Of a DNA stretch of 64,000 nt, positions 13,590 through 28,704 are shown in pieces (position 1 is the stretch's first letter; each line of letters starts with the position of its first letter). The notes below the pieces were generated by a model. That model worked only from the letters and a program-made list of their open reading frames with translations, did no database searches and was not told where the DNA came from. A program made the translations under genes and the position numbers. Origin of the DNA: Octopus vulgaris (Eukaryota); contig OX597820.1 in assembly GCA_951406725.2 (NCBI GenBank), positions 42,408,001 to 42,472,000 of the forward strand. The letters run 5' to 3'.

Positions 13590-15050
13590 TTAGTCTCATG
13601 CGAGGAAAGCATGTCAGACAATATTTTTTAACACGTCTGGTGTCTCAGAGCAATTTTGAGGCACTGTTCACATGGCACAACAAATTAAAAATAGACGGAT
13701 AGGATGACAAACGAGTGAGAAAAGTCAAGAAAGGTGGAAGGTTGTTGGAAAACTGTAAAACGAAAAGGAAAACAGAAAGAAGCAAAATGGGTGGGGAGAT
13801 TAGAGTTACTTCCTCTTTCACCGTAAAATTGAAGGTTGAAAAATAAATGACCGAGAGCTTGTGGTACAGCTGCTCAAATCGGAGAGAGTGGCAGTTTCCA
13901 ATTCGTCAACAAGTTATTAGCTATATGCTTACAACCGCTGAAAATTTCGAATCTAGAATTCAGCAATTTGTTAGAGTTCTTAGATCTGAAATGCTTATAG
14001 CTTATATTTTTTAATCCATTAATATGACATAGAGTTTTCGACTATTTTTCACTTTATCGTAAATTATGTGGCGTTGGACTTGAAACCCGATACATGGCTA
14101 GGTAGCCAAATTAGTAGCATTACTTTTGTCCCAGTGTCGGTAAGAAGATATGTAATTAGTGTAGTGACTTTTAAAGTCGCCTTCACTTATTCCGATATAG
14201 CTCTTCTTATTGGTTGCTGTAACATCTGCCTCATATATGACGGATTTAATCCCATATCACTGGTCGAGTAGACAGGTTCTTGGGTTTCAACAGTTACAAC
14301 TGGGAGCGGGCTCTTGGTTTTGTTCTATTGTAGTGATGATTTCCATACTTGGTCAGGAGCTATATGATAATTTCACTGAGCTCCTGTTAAATACTTTCCT
14401 GTACCTGTAACAAATGTTTGTCTAGAAGAAACAAGATTTTTCTTTTACCTATGTTAGCTTTTATATGAAAGGACAAAGAGGAGGGGCAAAACATTATTAG
14501 GTCTAATATTATTATTCCTATTACTATAAGAGGGATTTTATGTGAATCTATCCTTAAAGCCACTATTGGCTATGACATTGTTGCAGTAGTGGTCTATTTT
14601 CTCGAAAATTTCTGTAGTCGATGTGAGGTTCGATACTCTGTTACTAATATTTCTATCAATTTTTTCATTACTACAGAGGGGAGAGTGACAATGTTTATAT
14701 ATATAGGAAAGTTTCTCGTTGGCCTTATGGTAAGGTTTATAAGAGGAGTTTAGGTCGAGGGAAATATTTTAAAAAATGAACTTTTGACAGATTAGTAGCG
14801 ACTGCGATTATAAGGCCTAATTAACTGAAGGTACAGGTAAGTAGATTCCTAAATTTATCTAACTTTCCTGAATGTATCTAAGGTGTGACCAGCACAGCCA
14901 TGGAAAATACCCAATCCATCGCCTTGGTATAGATAACGTCGTGAGTTGGGTACATTGATCTCAATGTATTTAATACAAAGAGACCCAAACGATGGCGAAT
15001 GTCAGAACTATCTGGATATGTTCTGAGTTCTTTCAGCTACGCATAGCTAA
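13590..15050 (-). mobile_element. Penelope-like retroelement remnant (RT C-terminal half + GIY-YIG + 3' region)
   Basis: LGLFVLN..LYQGDGLGIF (degenerate LYRDDGL), NLSKVHFL..YKPYHKANE; GIY-YIG part is homologous to 52083-52451. Confidence 0.8.
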
Positions 15051-15686
15051 CATTTATTGCACACACGTACACAGATACACATGGATACACACAATGCAAA
15101 ATATGTATGTTACGTGAGCATCATTAAACCCTTAAGCCATTAAACGTGAAACGGTAATAGCAACAGAGTTTCAACTAAGCCCTATGGTAAATGTCTACGC
15201 TCTAATTTTGCATTAGGTACACCTCTCGTTATAAAATCCAATGTATAAATGTACACAAACACAAGCTTAAAAATATATGCACATGAACACATACATGTAG
15301 CAACATGTAAGCAGACACTCATACAAAGACACGCATACGCATGTGTATGATATTTATAAATGACGACTAGAAGTAAAATCGTTTGCCTTATGGGTGCCTA
15401 ACAAATCATCATTTACTATGTGATTATTATGTACACAGGGATGTACGTACTCTTGCATACATCAGCATATCACTCCGTATTTCAGACTTTGATATATATA
15501 TGTGTGTGTGTGTGTGTTTGTGTGTGTTGGTGTGTGTATGTGCGTGTGTGTGTACGTGTGTGTGTATACATATATATAAATATATATATAAACACACATA
15601 TAAATATGTATATATATATATAAACATATGTACATATATACATATTTATGCATGTGCATACATATGTATCTATATATGTACCTCAA

Positions 15687-15727
<41 letters not shown>

Positions 15728-15887
15728 TATATGTGTGTATAACTTGATTTATATATAGATTTTTTCGTAAATATGTTCCTTTTCATATTATGCATATCTA
15801 TCTAAATGTATACACTCATGCATACGCTTGTAGATACACACACAGACACGCACAGACACACACACACACATACACACATACACACAC

Positions 15888-15989
<102 letters not shown>

Positions 15990-16274
15990 TTAGATAGATA
16001 GATAGATAGATAGATTGATAGATATGTGTATCCATATCTGTTCAATTAAGAGTGTATTCAAATGCATGGTTAGATTTGTTATTGAAACAGTAAACTGCAG
16101 CAATATACATCAAATTTATAATTCAAACTGATTTCTCTTGTGGTTTGTGCGATATTATAACTATCATATATAGTATATTTTCATTACTCTTACTCTTGCT
16201 GCTTTAGCATAAACTGAATCAACAAAAGCAATAGCAACTCATGTAACGAAAACAGCATCATACAACACAAAATT

Positions 16275-16416
<142 letters not shown>

Positions 16417-16661
16417 TAATAATAATAATAATAATAACAACAACAACAATAATAATAAAAACAAAAACGATAAGAATAATTTTAAAATAGCATTAAGTTA
16501 TTAATAATAAACACATATTCTACACAATCACCACCCAATAAAATAACGCAGCACATATTTCTATATAATCAACACCCAATACTATAACACGTCGCGCATA
16601 TTATAAGCCAACAGGCAATAAAACTCATATTCTTTCCAGTCAATAACATAACGAAACCCAC

Positions 16662-17940
16662 ACCGTACGCAGTCGACACAATTTCCGCTCAAAGCTATAA
16701 AACATAACACATTTTACTCAACGCAAACACTACCCAGCTCTGGAACTCGTATGACATAGCACATCTTGAATACAACAAACAGAAGGAATACATGCAAAAA
16801 ATAGAAATACCAATTTCAGGTCCTCCACCAAAAGATCTCTTCAAGCCAATCTGCAATAGATGAGTGACTTTCATAGTGGAGGAAAAACATCATGTATAAG
16901 TATTGAAAAGAAACAGAGCAATAATAATTGTTTGAAAGACTAGCACAATGCCAGTAGTTTCGAAGGACATGGGTGGTCGAGTATATTGACCCCAATAAGG
17001 GCGGTGAGCAGCGAGAATCGTTTGCACGCCAGCAGTTTCGGAGGCGATAGGTGGTCGAGTATATTGACCACAATAAGGGCGGTGAGCAGGTAGAAACGTT
17101 AGCACGCCGGGCGAAATGCTTACCAGTATTTCGTCTGTCTTTACGTTCTGAGTTCAAATTACACCGAGGTCGACTTTGCCTTTCATCCTTTTGGGGTCGA
17201 TTAAATAAGTACCAGTTGTCTGTCCTTGTTTGTCCTCTCTGTGTTTAGCCCCTCGTAGGTAGTAAAGAAATAGATATTTCGTCGGTCGTTACGTTCTGAG
17301 ATCAAATTCCGCCGAGGTCGCCTTTGCCTTTCATCCTTTCGGGGTCGATTAAATAAGTACCAGTTACGCACTGGGGTCGATGTAATCGACTTAATCCTTT
17401 TGTTCTTACTGTCCCCTCTATGTTTAGCCCCTTGTGGGCAATAAAGAAATATGTTGACCCCAATGTTCAACTGATTTCCGTTTTATTGACCCTGAAAAGA
17501 TGTAAAGTAAAATCGAACTCGACGAAAGTGGAAACACCACAAAATATTTTGCCCCGCGTACTAATGTCCCTACCAGCTGGCCGGCTTAATATTGTTTCAA
17601 AAGTTTGGTACAGGGCTAGTGATTTCAGAGAAAGAACAAGGATAAAGGTGTTTCGGAGTCATACAGACTCATAGGGCTGGTTTCCTGGGTTCTCTGGCGT
17701 ATAAAACTCCACCACGTCCCGGACGAGGGACCATCTGACGCAAGAATACACCCTTTTCCCAGTTGAGTTGACGTCCACCAAGAGATCGCCGAGCAATTCT
17801 GACATATGAAGATAAAGCTCGAAAGGGCAGACCATCTAGCGCCAGTGACTTCTCCCTTGTCATCTCGTCATCGCGTACCTTATGTCTTCGGCTGTAATCA
17901 AATTTCGCAGAACTCCATAACCCTTGGACGATGATGATGA
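16662..17940 (+). repeat. Segmental duplication, copy 2, interrupted by SINE insertion(s)
   Basis: Aligns to 10730-11580 apart from the 16997-17464 insert. Confidence 0.9.
16997..17450 (+). mobile_element. SINE with internally tandem-duplicated body and ~14 bp TSD
   Basis: GGCGGTGAGC..GTTAGCACGCCGGGCG head, GAGTTCAAAT B box; flanked by ATATTGACCCCAAT / ATGTTGACCCCAAT. Confidence 0.85.
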
Positions 17941-17960
17941 GGAAGAGTATTACGCAACTA

Positions 17961-18001
<41 letters not shown>

Positions 18002-18003
18002 AT

Positions 18004-18045
<42 letters not shown>

Positions 18046-18098
18046 AAGTACCACTACTACTGCTGCTGCTATTACTACTACTACTACTACTACTACTA

Positions 18099-18199
<101 letters not shown>

Positions 18200-18277
18200 T
18201 TCCAAGAAAATTGAAGACCTCATATTCAGTACATTATTTACATTTGATGGATATTTGTACTCATCTTGTTTGTTGTT

Positions 18278-18323
18278 AATACAACGTTTTGGCTGATATG
18301 CCCTCCAGCCTAGATCAGGTGTC
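18278..18323 (-). ncRNA. Degenerate copy of the 27742 minimal hammerhead motif (core mutated, likely inactive)
   Basis: Minus strand: GACAC CTGATCTA GGCTG..CAGCC AAAA CGTT GTATT. Confidence 0.6.
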
Positions 18324-18355
18324 TTGGGGAAATTTCGAAGTTTTCGATGTTGTTG

Positions 18356-18393
<38 letters not shown>

Positions 18394-18559
18394 GTCATTT
18401 TTATTATTCACTGTCTGGAATCGAACTCAGAATCTTAATCGAACTCGGAATCTTAATCGAACTCGGAATCTTAAGCAGTGCGCTGTATGCCAGTTGGCAA
18501 TTATGGAGTGAATTTTTAGGGCTTATAAATCAGTGGTGTTAGATGTTAACAGTTACAGA

Positions 18560-19240
18560 AGAATTTAAGGAGAAACAAACTTACAAGTATCTCGAAATAA
18601 ATTAGGGCTCTGGCATTCAGCATGCAAGCATGAGAATGATGATCAAGAATGAATGTTACAGGAGAGTTCGAGAAGTCCTAAATTCCAAGTTAAATTTACG
18701 CAAGAAGATGTTAGCTATATATTCCTTAGCAGTTCTGGTTGTTATTTACAGTTTCAATGTATTGATGTGGAATATGTGCGTGATAAGGAAGATTGACAAG
18801 GAAATCCGTAAGCTGCTGATTTGCAGTAAGGTGCGCTACGCAGAAGCAGATGCTCGGTGTAATAGAGGCTTGATACAATTTGAAGTCTCTTATAGAACCA
18901 CCACAACTGGGCTGGCAAAATATCCTGAAATATGTAGTAACTGGATGTTAAAGCTCGTTGAAAACTATGTGAGACGTAAGACGATTCATTCTCTTATGAA
19001 GGAGAGCAAAAAAGTTCCTATTGATTTTGTGCATAATACCCAGGTTTTAGAGCATGATGGAAGTGCGGAAACTGTAGTTGCAAAGAAGGTGAAATCAATA
19101 GCAAAACAAAATGCGTTTGAACAATTGGCTGATGGGTGGGAACAAAAACCTTCGCATGGCAAATAAGCGGCCCGTAGCAAACGATCTGATGTACTTCAAA
19201 AGCACACACGTTAGTGGCTACCGAGCTCAGGGATAAAGGC
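18560..19240 (+). mobile_element. R4/Dong-like RT C-terminal remnant
   Basis: YKYLE...ECYRRVREVLNSKLN...AIYSLAV.V..YSF...IDKEIRKLL...WEQKPSHGK. Confidence 0.8.
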
Positions 19241-19252
19241 ATATATAAATAA

Positions 19253-19290
<38 letters not shown>

Positions 19291-19291
<1 letters not shown>

Positions 19292-19578
19292 ACTTGATCA
19301 CGTGATCGACCAGGCTATCAGATGTTGCTACACATCGCTGGTCACAATGCGTCTTGGATATTTGTTTTAGCCTTCAAATGACGCCACTCCGCTGGCTAAG
19401 CCAACAGAAGAAAGAGTGAGAGAAAGTTGTGGTGAAAGAGTACAGCAGGGATTGCCACCAACGCCTGCCGAAGCCTTGTGGAGCTTTAGGTGATTTCGCT
19501 CAATAAACACTCACAACGCCCGGTCTGGGAATCGAAACAGCGATCCGCTACCCTTACCACTGGGCCATTCCGCCTCCA
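19291..19578 (-). mobile_element. tRNA-derived SINE
   Basis: Minus-strand head TGGCCCAGTGGTAAGGG..GTTTCGATTCC. Confidence 0.75.
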
Positions 19579-19585
19579 CACACAC

Positions 19586-19633
<48 letters not shown>

Positions 19634-19943
19634 ATGTCAAACCATACAGTGTTACTTTAGAATACATACAATTTAGACGTGCATTATATATGATGTGATA
19701 AGAAGTTTGCTTCCCCAATCACATGGTTCCAAGATCAGACTCACTGCGTGACCATCTTGGTCAAGTGTCTTCTGCTATAGCGTCAGCCCTACCAAAGATG
19801 GAAACTGAAGGTGGAAACTGAAAGAAACCTGTCGTATATATATATATATATATATATATTGAATCAAAATGTGACCGCGTGTGTACCGTTGGCGATTTTT
19901 TTTATCCTCCGTCTTCCCTTCTCTGGATCGTTCCTTTTCCTAT

Positions 19944-19977
19944 GTTTCTGACGAAGAGCTCCGCTCGAAACATAAAA
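19944..19977 (+). ncRNA. Minimal type I hammerhead-like motif (stem III ACGT>ACAT, weak stem I)
   Basis: TTT CTGACGA A GAGC tcc GCTC GAAA CA TA AAA. Confidence 0.55.
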
Positions 19978-20078
19978 GCCTCCTTCTTCCCTTCCTTCCT
20001 GAGCGTCCAATAATACTATATTTGTTCCACGTCCTCGCGTTGTGTTTTCTCTTTGTGTTTTCATGTTTGGATTAACTT

Positions 20079-20112
<34 letters not shown>

Positions 20113-20339
20113 CATATGTGATTCTTCTTTTTTCTTATTATTTAATGTTAAGCCAATGTTATTTGCAACGTAACCTTTACAGACGTGTCTGTATGCATGT
20201 GTGTGTGTATGTGTGTGTGCGCGCGCATGTAGCTGTCTTGAACTATGTCGTATTCTTTTGGAGTGGGGATCAGATTGTGAAAATGACATTATTTTGGTGT
20301 CTTTTGTGTCATATGATTATATTCTTTCCTTCTGTTTAT

Positions 20340-21070
20340 AGTATGATTCGGGGGTAACTGGGCAATATTTATATGCGCTCGATGGGGAACAAATTTCAGA
20401 CTCTTTCTGTTACGCTGTCTATTATTTCGCATTTTATATTTTAATCGCATGGCTTTGTTTCAACTTCTGAATGACGTTTAGATTTTTGGTGGGTAGACTC
20501 TAGAGTGTGAATGTTTTGTCTATCTGTCATTGAAGATCCCGCTAGTGAATTTCGGCTTGTCAAATTTTGATACTGAATTATTATAAAATATCTTTGTTCT
20601 GTAATCTATAAAACAGACGCCATGTAATGACATATCCTTCTGACGCAATTGCATAAATTTGCCGAAACTTTCTTTAGTGTCTTTTTGATATGTGGTTTCA
20701 TAGGAGCTGTATAGTACTTCTGTTTTGGTACAGACGTAGCTACATCAGGAATTTCTTGTGATACATAGTTTCTCTCATTTATGTTCATGATAACTAGTGT
20801 TAAGAAGGTATGTATTACCTATTTTTCTTGGATAAAGTTGCTCTTTTTATATGTTGTACTGTCTTAGCCTAAGTATTGCTATTTCTCTTTGAATCCACTT
20901 GATTTTAAACCTTCATTGTAGAACAATGTTGTTTAGTGGACGAATTCTCTGTCAGATGAATATTTTGATATTCTTACATTTGTGGATAAAGTTTTAATTA
21001 TGGATGGTGGCAGAGTGGAGAATATGATTTTATATAACGATATTTCACTAAGCGTTCTCTCAATGCACTG
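20340..21070 (-). mobile_element. Penelope-like remnant (RT thumb to GIY-YIG), very degenerate
   Basis: LPPSIIKTLSTNVRISKYSSD..FYNEGLKSSGF, then CNC..LHGVC with frameshifts. Confidence 0.65.
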
Positions 21071-21083
21071 TTCAGGTACAGCG

Positions 21084-21160
<77 letters not shown>

Positions 21161-21299
21161 TACACACACACACATATATATATATATATATCGCTTAGAA
21201 TACTGTCAATAATAAAATTGATGACCTTAGAAGACATAAAGCATTGAAACTTGTGAATAACACTTCAACATTCACAAAAATGTATGTGTGAACCTCGCA

Positions 21300-21850
21300 C
21301 ATATATTGCAAAACATAATGGGAAACATACCACAAAAGAATGTGAGAAAATAAAAATGTGTTATCGGGAAAAAAGGGAAATGATCCTGCAACTGAAAGAA
21401 AGAAATAAGTGACTGACCTATGAAAGTCAAGCTGGATAACATGCTTTGAACAAATAAGAGCACTTCATCAATAAAAAGAATATATTTGAAACAAATACTA
21501 AAACTATTCTATCAGGAGATAAATAAATACAAAAAAGAAAACGGATATTGTATTGGCAAATGCCTTCAATAACAACAGAATTTCAGTCACATTGAGAGAA
21601 CATACGTAAGGGGAATATATAGTATGATAAATATGTGGATTGGATTAGAAAGATGAAGTGGGGCACTAAAAAAAATACAACACTACAATTATATTCCCTC
21701 AAATGCTGAGGAGATTCTACCATCACAGACGAAACTAACAGTAACTAGAAGGCTCTTGAGATTGACGAAAACCCAAAGTTTCTGATGAGATTACTTCATC
21801 ATGATTCACGAAGACGCAAAACAGAATTCCATGAATAACGCTAGGGGTCA
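21300..21850 (+). mobile_element. R4/Dong-like RT N-terminal remnant
   Basis: N.FETN.KLFYQEIN and a degenerate NWKAPG.D..P.FW motif. Confidence 0.5.
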
Positions 21851-23749
21851 AAATCAATAGCTTATTACAGAGGTACTAGAGAAGAAAACAAAACATTATT
21901 TTTAAAAAGCACTAAGGGCTTCTAAATCTACACATCAATAAAGTGTTTTATTTTCTTGTTGTTTATAAGCACAGCAGCGCTCATTTAGCAAGAATATGAT
22001 CAAAGACGTTTAAGCCTCAACGTTCTCGTTGTGTGCTCAGAACGACATTGTCTAATATGCTTTTCTTAATATTTTAGGGCTTCATGTATGAAAGTGTTTA
22101 TTATACTTAGTTTTGAAAAGAAAGTTCCTAGTTAGAATCCAGTCTAATATTATATATATCCATCTATTGATATAAACATCTAATGGGAGTCAAACTAATA
22201 CAATTTGTTGATATTGTTTGTCGTGTTTGTTGTTTCCCTCGGTCACTAGAAATTTATCATTATAAAAGAAACGTCAAGTGTGATAATCTCCTCCTTTTAA
22301 TGCTATGTTTGAATGCATATTTGAATGTGCCCTTCACTTTTTTTAAGCTGGTGGATGTATTGAAAATAGATTTAGCTGCTATTTACAACTGCTTAGGAAC
22401 CGCTCACTAGTTCTCCTTTTTAATCGTGAATAACTGTTTATCAGCAGCTATACTCTCCTTGAGGTTAGCTATTCCTTTGGAAAATAGTAATAATATATAT
22501 ACCTCAGGATAAAAACGTATTGGAAATATATGTACGGAAGCAAGCAAAAAGGAAACAGCTACTCGTAAACCAATATACTATTGATGATAGCAGAAAGAGA
22601 AAGAAGTATTCAAATATGGTATGTATTGATTACCGAAATTCTTTGGCAGCATAACTCAGTTTTGGACACCGCTGGAATACACTACATAAGTAAATAAACA
22701 AAAATACTTCAGAATGTATATCAACATAAAAATATTGATATTACGAGATATAAGGAAGGAAGATCGAACCAAATCAAATCCCGATTGCTTTAACCAGATA
22801 TTTGGTCACTGACAACTAGGTTACTTCTCCAATGTCGGCCGATGTCCTAGAAATAGCGGCCAGATTTCCAGCAATCACAGCCTGTTGTCTTAGACAATAA
22901 CTGCAGATAAATAACAGTGCGTGGTCTTTGGCATGCTTGGACCTAAGCAACAATTCAGTTCTGAGATTAACGCTGGATATAGCGAAGATTTTACTCCGGA
23001 ATTTAATCTTTACAATTACCACCCTATATTCTTGTCGTTTTGAACAGTTTACCTCATTTCCAAAGGTGACGCTAGCAGAGTGACGCCTTTAGTAATCTAT
23101 TATATATCGTATGTCCTGATATCTGGTCCAGTTAGAATTAAATCAATCTCAATGGAGCCATTGACTCTGTCACAATAAGACACCACCTTCCATGTGGTAC
23201 CATGAACAGGATCTTTAACACCGTATCCTCTGAAGTTAGATGTCTGTTATAATCCTGTCCTTCTCTTCAAATGTAAAATAACCAATTCCCGAGTTAACCT
23301 GCTGAAAATGTTTTCAGTCTGCTGACAGTTGCAGTACGTCTTTACCAAGACACAGATGAGCTAGTCTAGGATGTTGAAATGAAACTCGTACAGCAACAGC
23401 AACGTTCAATGTGGAGTTGTTTAACTATACTGCGATAGACTCAAACAACATAAAAAAACGAATGAATCGCATGCAAGAACATACATACCTCACACACGAT
23501 AACTGCACCACATTTTCCCATAGTATACTGACATACATAGAAACCATAAAAAGCATTACAGAACACGTTGTTTTAAAAAAATATTTCAAGTGAATAAGAT
23601 TTCAGGAGATTATTAATAAAATATTACATAAATATTTACTTCAGGAATTGTCCAGAACGAGCCGAAATTACGGATCAACTGTCCTTTCAGGAGAATAATG
23701 AACATATATCTTTAGAACATTCTTCCTTCACTCTTACGTAGCTTTGATC

Positions 23750-24790
23750 AGACCGTGTGAATATTCGGCTGGGGTTGCATTGAATAAAAGGGCCACATGA
23801 ACATCGAATATTGGTCACGAGATATAAATGTGGTGCTTCTCAGCGAGACCAGAATTGCTGTTTCATGAATCCTTATGTCCATTTCCGAGCGCTTTTAATT
23901 GTAAGCTTCTCAATGCCAAACGGGGGTCGAGAGAAGGAGTTGTATTTTTTTGTTACGAAAAGGACTTGATATCACAATACTAACAATCTTTCTGGACCCA
24001 GAGTATAAACTGCTATTATTGGTCGCCACCATCAGTGAAGGTCATACCTTCAGGATTGGAGCAGTCTACACCAACCAGTTTCTTTTTACGCTCCAAGAAG
24101 TTTTCCAAGGTATGACATCCTCCTTATTGCTAGTAAGTAATCGGAATTACATCTTAGATAGACGCTTTGATATTCTGCAGTAAGCTTACATGAGGGGTAG
24201 ACACAAAAGCCTCGATCATCTTTTCAGATATTTCTAAATGTCTGATAGGTACCAACTAATCTTCAATATGACAAAGTGGAGCTGATGAGACTGCATCACG
24301 TCATCTAAAACGTATCTTGATAGAGCATCGACATTGATAATTTTCAGACAATAATCTAAAGCACGGCAGTACTCTCAGTTGAATTTGTCCGAACTCTGCG
24401 TAAAACGACCCAACAGACACCCTAGCACTCGTTCAGATCTCATATATAGGTGACTGGTAAATTTTGTCGAACAGCTATTATGGTGTACAGTACGCATCCA
24501 GATACTCTCCGTTTTCCTGTCTAAAATGTCATCTAACACCTTTCTTTGTAATGTAAAGTAAGGAGATATCTTCTGTCAAGAGTCTGCAGCAGGGAGTGTG
24601 AAGAAGGATACGGAGAGCTCTAAGTACCAGAACTTGTCTATGTGGCAAACCTTTATCAAATTTCTCAAGTACCACTTGAAAAGGAGGGACACAATGAAAT
24701 GAATAAGCATTTTCTGAACGGTCAGTGAAAAAAAGATTGTCGTTTGGGAATCGGTCAAAGGTCATTTGAATATTCATCAGAGAGGCTGAC
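23750..24790 (+). mobile_element. L1/Tx1-like remnant: APE endonuclease traces joined to a C-terminal tail (internally deleted)
   Basis: RDINVVLLSETRI..GVVFLLRKGL..FRIGAVY; later TFIKFLKYHLKRR. Confidence 0.6.
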
Positions 24791-25482
24791 TATCTTTAAA
24801 AGACAGGGAATTCTTGGTGTTATATGAGTTTCAATCATTCTTTTTCAGTGACTGTCCTCTTACTGGGACATTTCTAAATACATTGTAAGGTTTATATCGT
24901 GTGTGTATCCTATCAAACTCAGTCAAATTCATATTTTTTGTAAATTCTCTTTCTAATATTTTCTAACCCATCATCCTCATATCAAAGTAAAGAAATTACA
25001 GTTATTAATGTCCCCTCCTCCTCCTCCTCCTCATCATCATCATCATCATCATCATCCTCATCATCATCACTACCGTCGCTGTCGTCATTTCCTAGTGTCT
25101 ATATGTAAATTTATGTAGATATGGGCGGTATGCATACAAACAATTTTTACACACAAATTCATATACAAGCATACACTCACATATTACAATAAATATCCGT
25201 ATAAATACATGCATAAATACGTATAGAGCGTGAATACATACCTAAAAAGAAATAACTAAGCATTTAAATACCACTTTTGCTCACAAACGTGACAGATTTA
25301 CAAGCCACGTGTTATATGTCTAAATGCTGCACTCTAACGGTTTACGTATTTATGTGCGTGTGTGAGCATGTGTATGTGTATGTATATGTATATATACACA
25401 AACACATATATATATATGTGTGTAAATATGTAAATATGTAAATATGTAAAAGTATATAGAGGTAAATAGATAGAAATTGAGG

Positions 25483-25554
<72 letters not shown>

Positions 25555-25559
25555 TAGAT

Positions 25560-25629
<70 letters not shown>

Positions 25630-26309
25630 CAGACAGGTAGATATAGGCATATAAATATGTAACCATGTTATGTGTATTTATTGAAAAAATCTGAAAGATC
25701 GATTGGATGTCAAAAATAAAACGTGAACCGCATTGATAATATACATACACGCATTACGTCTCTAAACGCATGTACACATAAATATATAATGACATATCTC
25801 ATTCTATAACTACAATGATACAAACACACACACACGCACACACACTCACAGTCACACACATACACAGAGGCACGAAGCAAAGTTATTTATAAATAATGTG
25901 GTCAGTTACGTGTGTGCGTGTATATAAAGATATGTTTATTTATACTATTTTCCTCAATTGTATTCATTTGTACTAAGTTACCGTCCTTTTGTACATTTGA
26001 ATTACATTTGTCCTTACTTTTCTGTCTCACCTTGCATCTCATTGCATTGAAAGCTATCTATCCACACAGATACACAAACACATATATGAATGTGTACTAT
26101 ATATGTGTGTATACATAAGTGCCTGTGTGTTTGTATATATATATATATGTATGTATGTATGTACGTATGTATATATATAAAGATAGATAAAACCTACTTG
26201 GAAATGGACGCGTGGAGTTCGATCACATAATAATATAAATAATATATAAATATATGCATATATACATACATATATGTACATACCTACATACATATGTAAA
26301 TATACATGC

Positions 26310-26640
26310 ATATATGGGTACAATATATCAAAAAAGCGTAGACAATATGAGATACAAGATTATAAAAAGCAAAAATATAGAAAATAAACTTTTTTCGAAC
26401 AACGAACGAATGACACAAATAGAGAACCAAGACAGGCAACATAAAGAACATTCCCTGCATCAGCTGTCTCCTGTTTCATCTACTCCGCGTTTCGAAGGTA
26501 GGGACAAGACGCAACTTTATTGAAACAGTGCTTCACACAAAACAAATTAAATAAAATTTGGGATTTTTTGCGAAGGTAACAAAAAAAGGACAGAGAGGAC
26601 AAAACAGTAAAAACAAACAGCGAGGTTTGTTAAGCCAAGA
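26310..26640 (-). repeat. Dispersed repeat, homologous to 2665-3000
   Basis: Alignment by eye. Confidence 0.6.
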
Positions 26641-26776
26641 GGATGTGAAGTGGTGAACGCTGGAAAAACGAGCTTTGAGAAGGGCCAGGTAAAAGCATAT
26701 CTTGTCTTTAGGAAGTGGAAGAAAGAAAGATGGATGGCCGTTGGTCACCTGTGAGAAACGAGACAGTCAAGGAGTA

Positions 26777-26814
<38 letters not shown>

Positions 26815-27128
26815 GTGTAACGGTGAATTGGGGAGGAAAAAATAGGGAAAGTTTGGGAGATAAAAACAGAAAGAAGAACTAGAAGTACATAGATAGACAT
26901 AATAGAGACAGAATAAGAGTGCGCATCGTTATTATTAAGATAAAACATAGTTGGAAATAGATGCGTGCCTTTCGATCATATAATAATATAAATGATATGT
27001 ACATACATATATGTTCGGCCATTTTGTCTACGTTTCTTTTGTGTCCTGTACACATATATGCATGTATATATACATATATATGTAGGTATGTACATATATG
27101 TATGTATATATGCATATATTTATATTAT

Positions 27129-27178
<50 letters not shown>

Positions 27179-27186
27179 CGGTGTTA

Positions 27187-28160
<974 letters not shown>

Positions 28161-28704
28161 CGATATCAGGTACTGCTTTGCCACAATACTTCAGATATCA
28201 TCTGAACATAAATATAAGGTTGGTGGAGAGAAAGACCCTGTCGAGAACCGTGTTTGAGGAAAGATCGAAAGCTGTGTTAAGAAAGGTAGGTGCAAGGGAC
28301 CCGGTTTAGTAGGCTTTGGAAAAAAGAAGGAAATCAAAGGAAGGAAATAGCCGTTAGGCCTTTGTGGCAACAAGGCATATCCATTAAAAGGACAAGGCAT
28401 ATCCCATAGGAAAGACCTTTTATTTCAACATCAATATTTTTAAATAATAGGTATCATTCGAACGCATCACAACATTTTTGTATGTATTGTCCTGAGATAA
28501 AATAAAATGGAGAGAAAAGATATTAACGAAAGGCACACTTACATCACATATACATAAGGCGGCCCTGGAAAATAAGTAAGCATATAAACAGATATATATG
28601 TATGCATGTATATATATACACACACAAACATATATATGATTGTGGCTGGATATGTTTGTATATATATATATATATAAAAGGGGTTTGTATGACTGTGTTT
28701 AGAG

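Noticed and set aside
13630-13675. GTGAACA on the minus strand as a second G3-C8 hammerhead
   Set aside because: Alignment with the sister copy at 51700-51765 places the core-like word elsewhere, so it is probably coincidental
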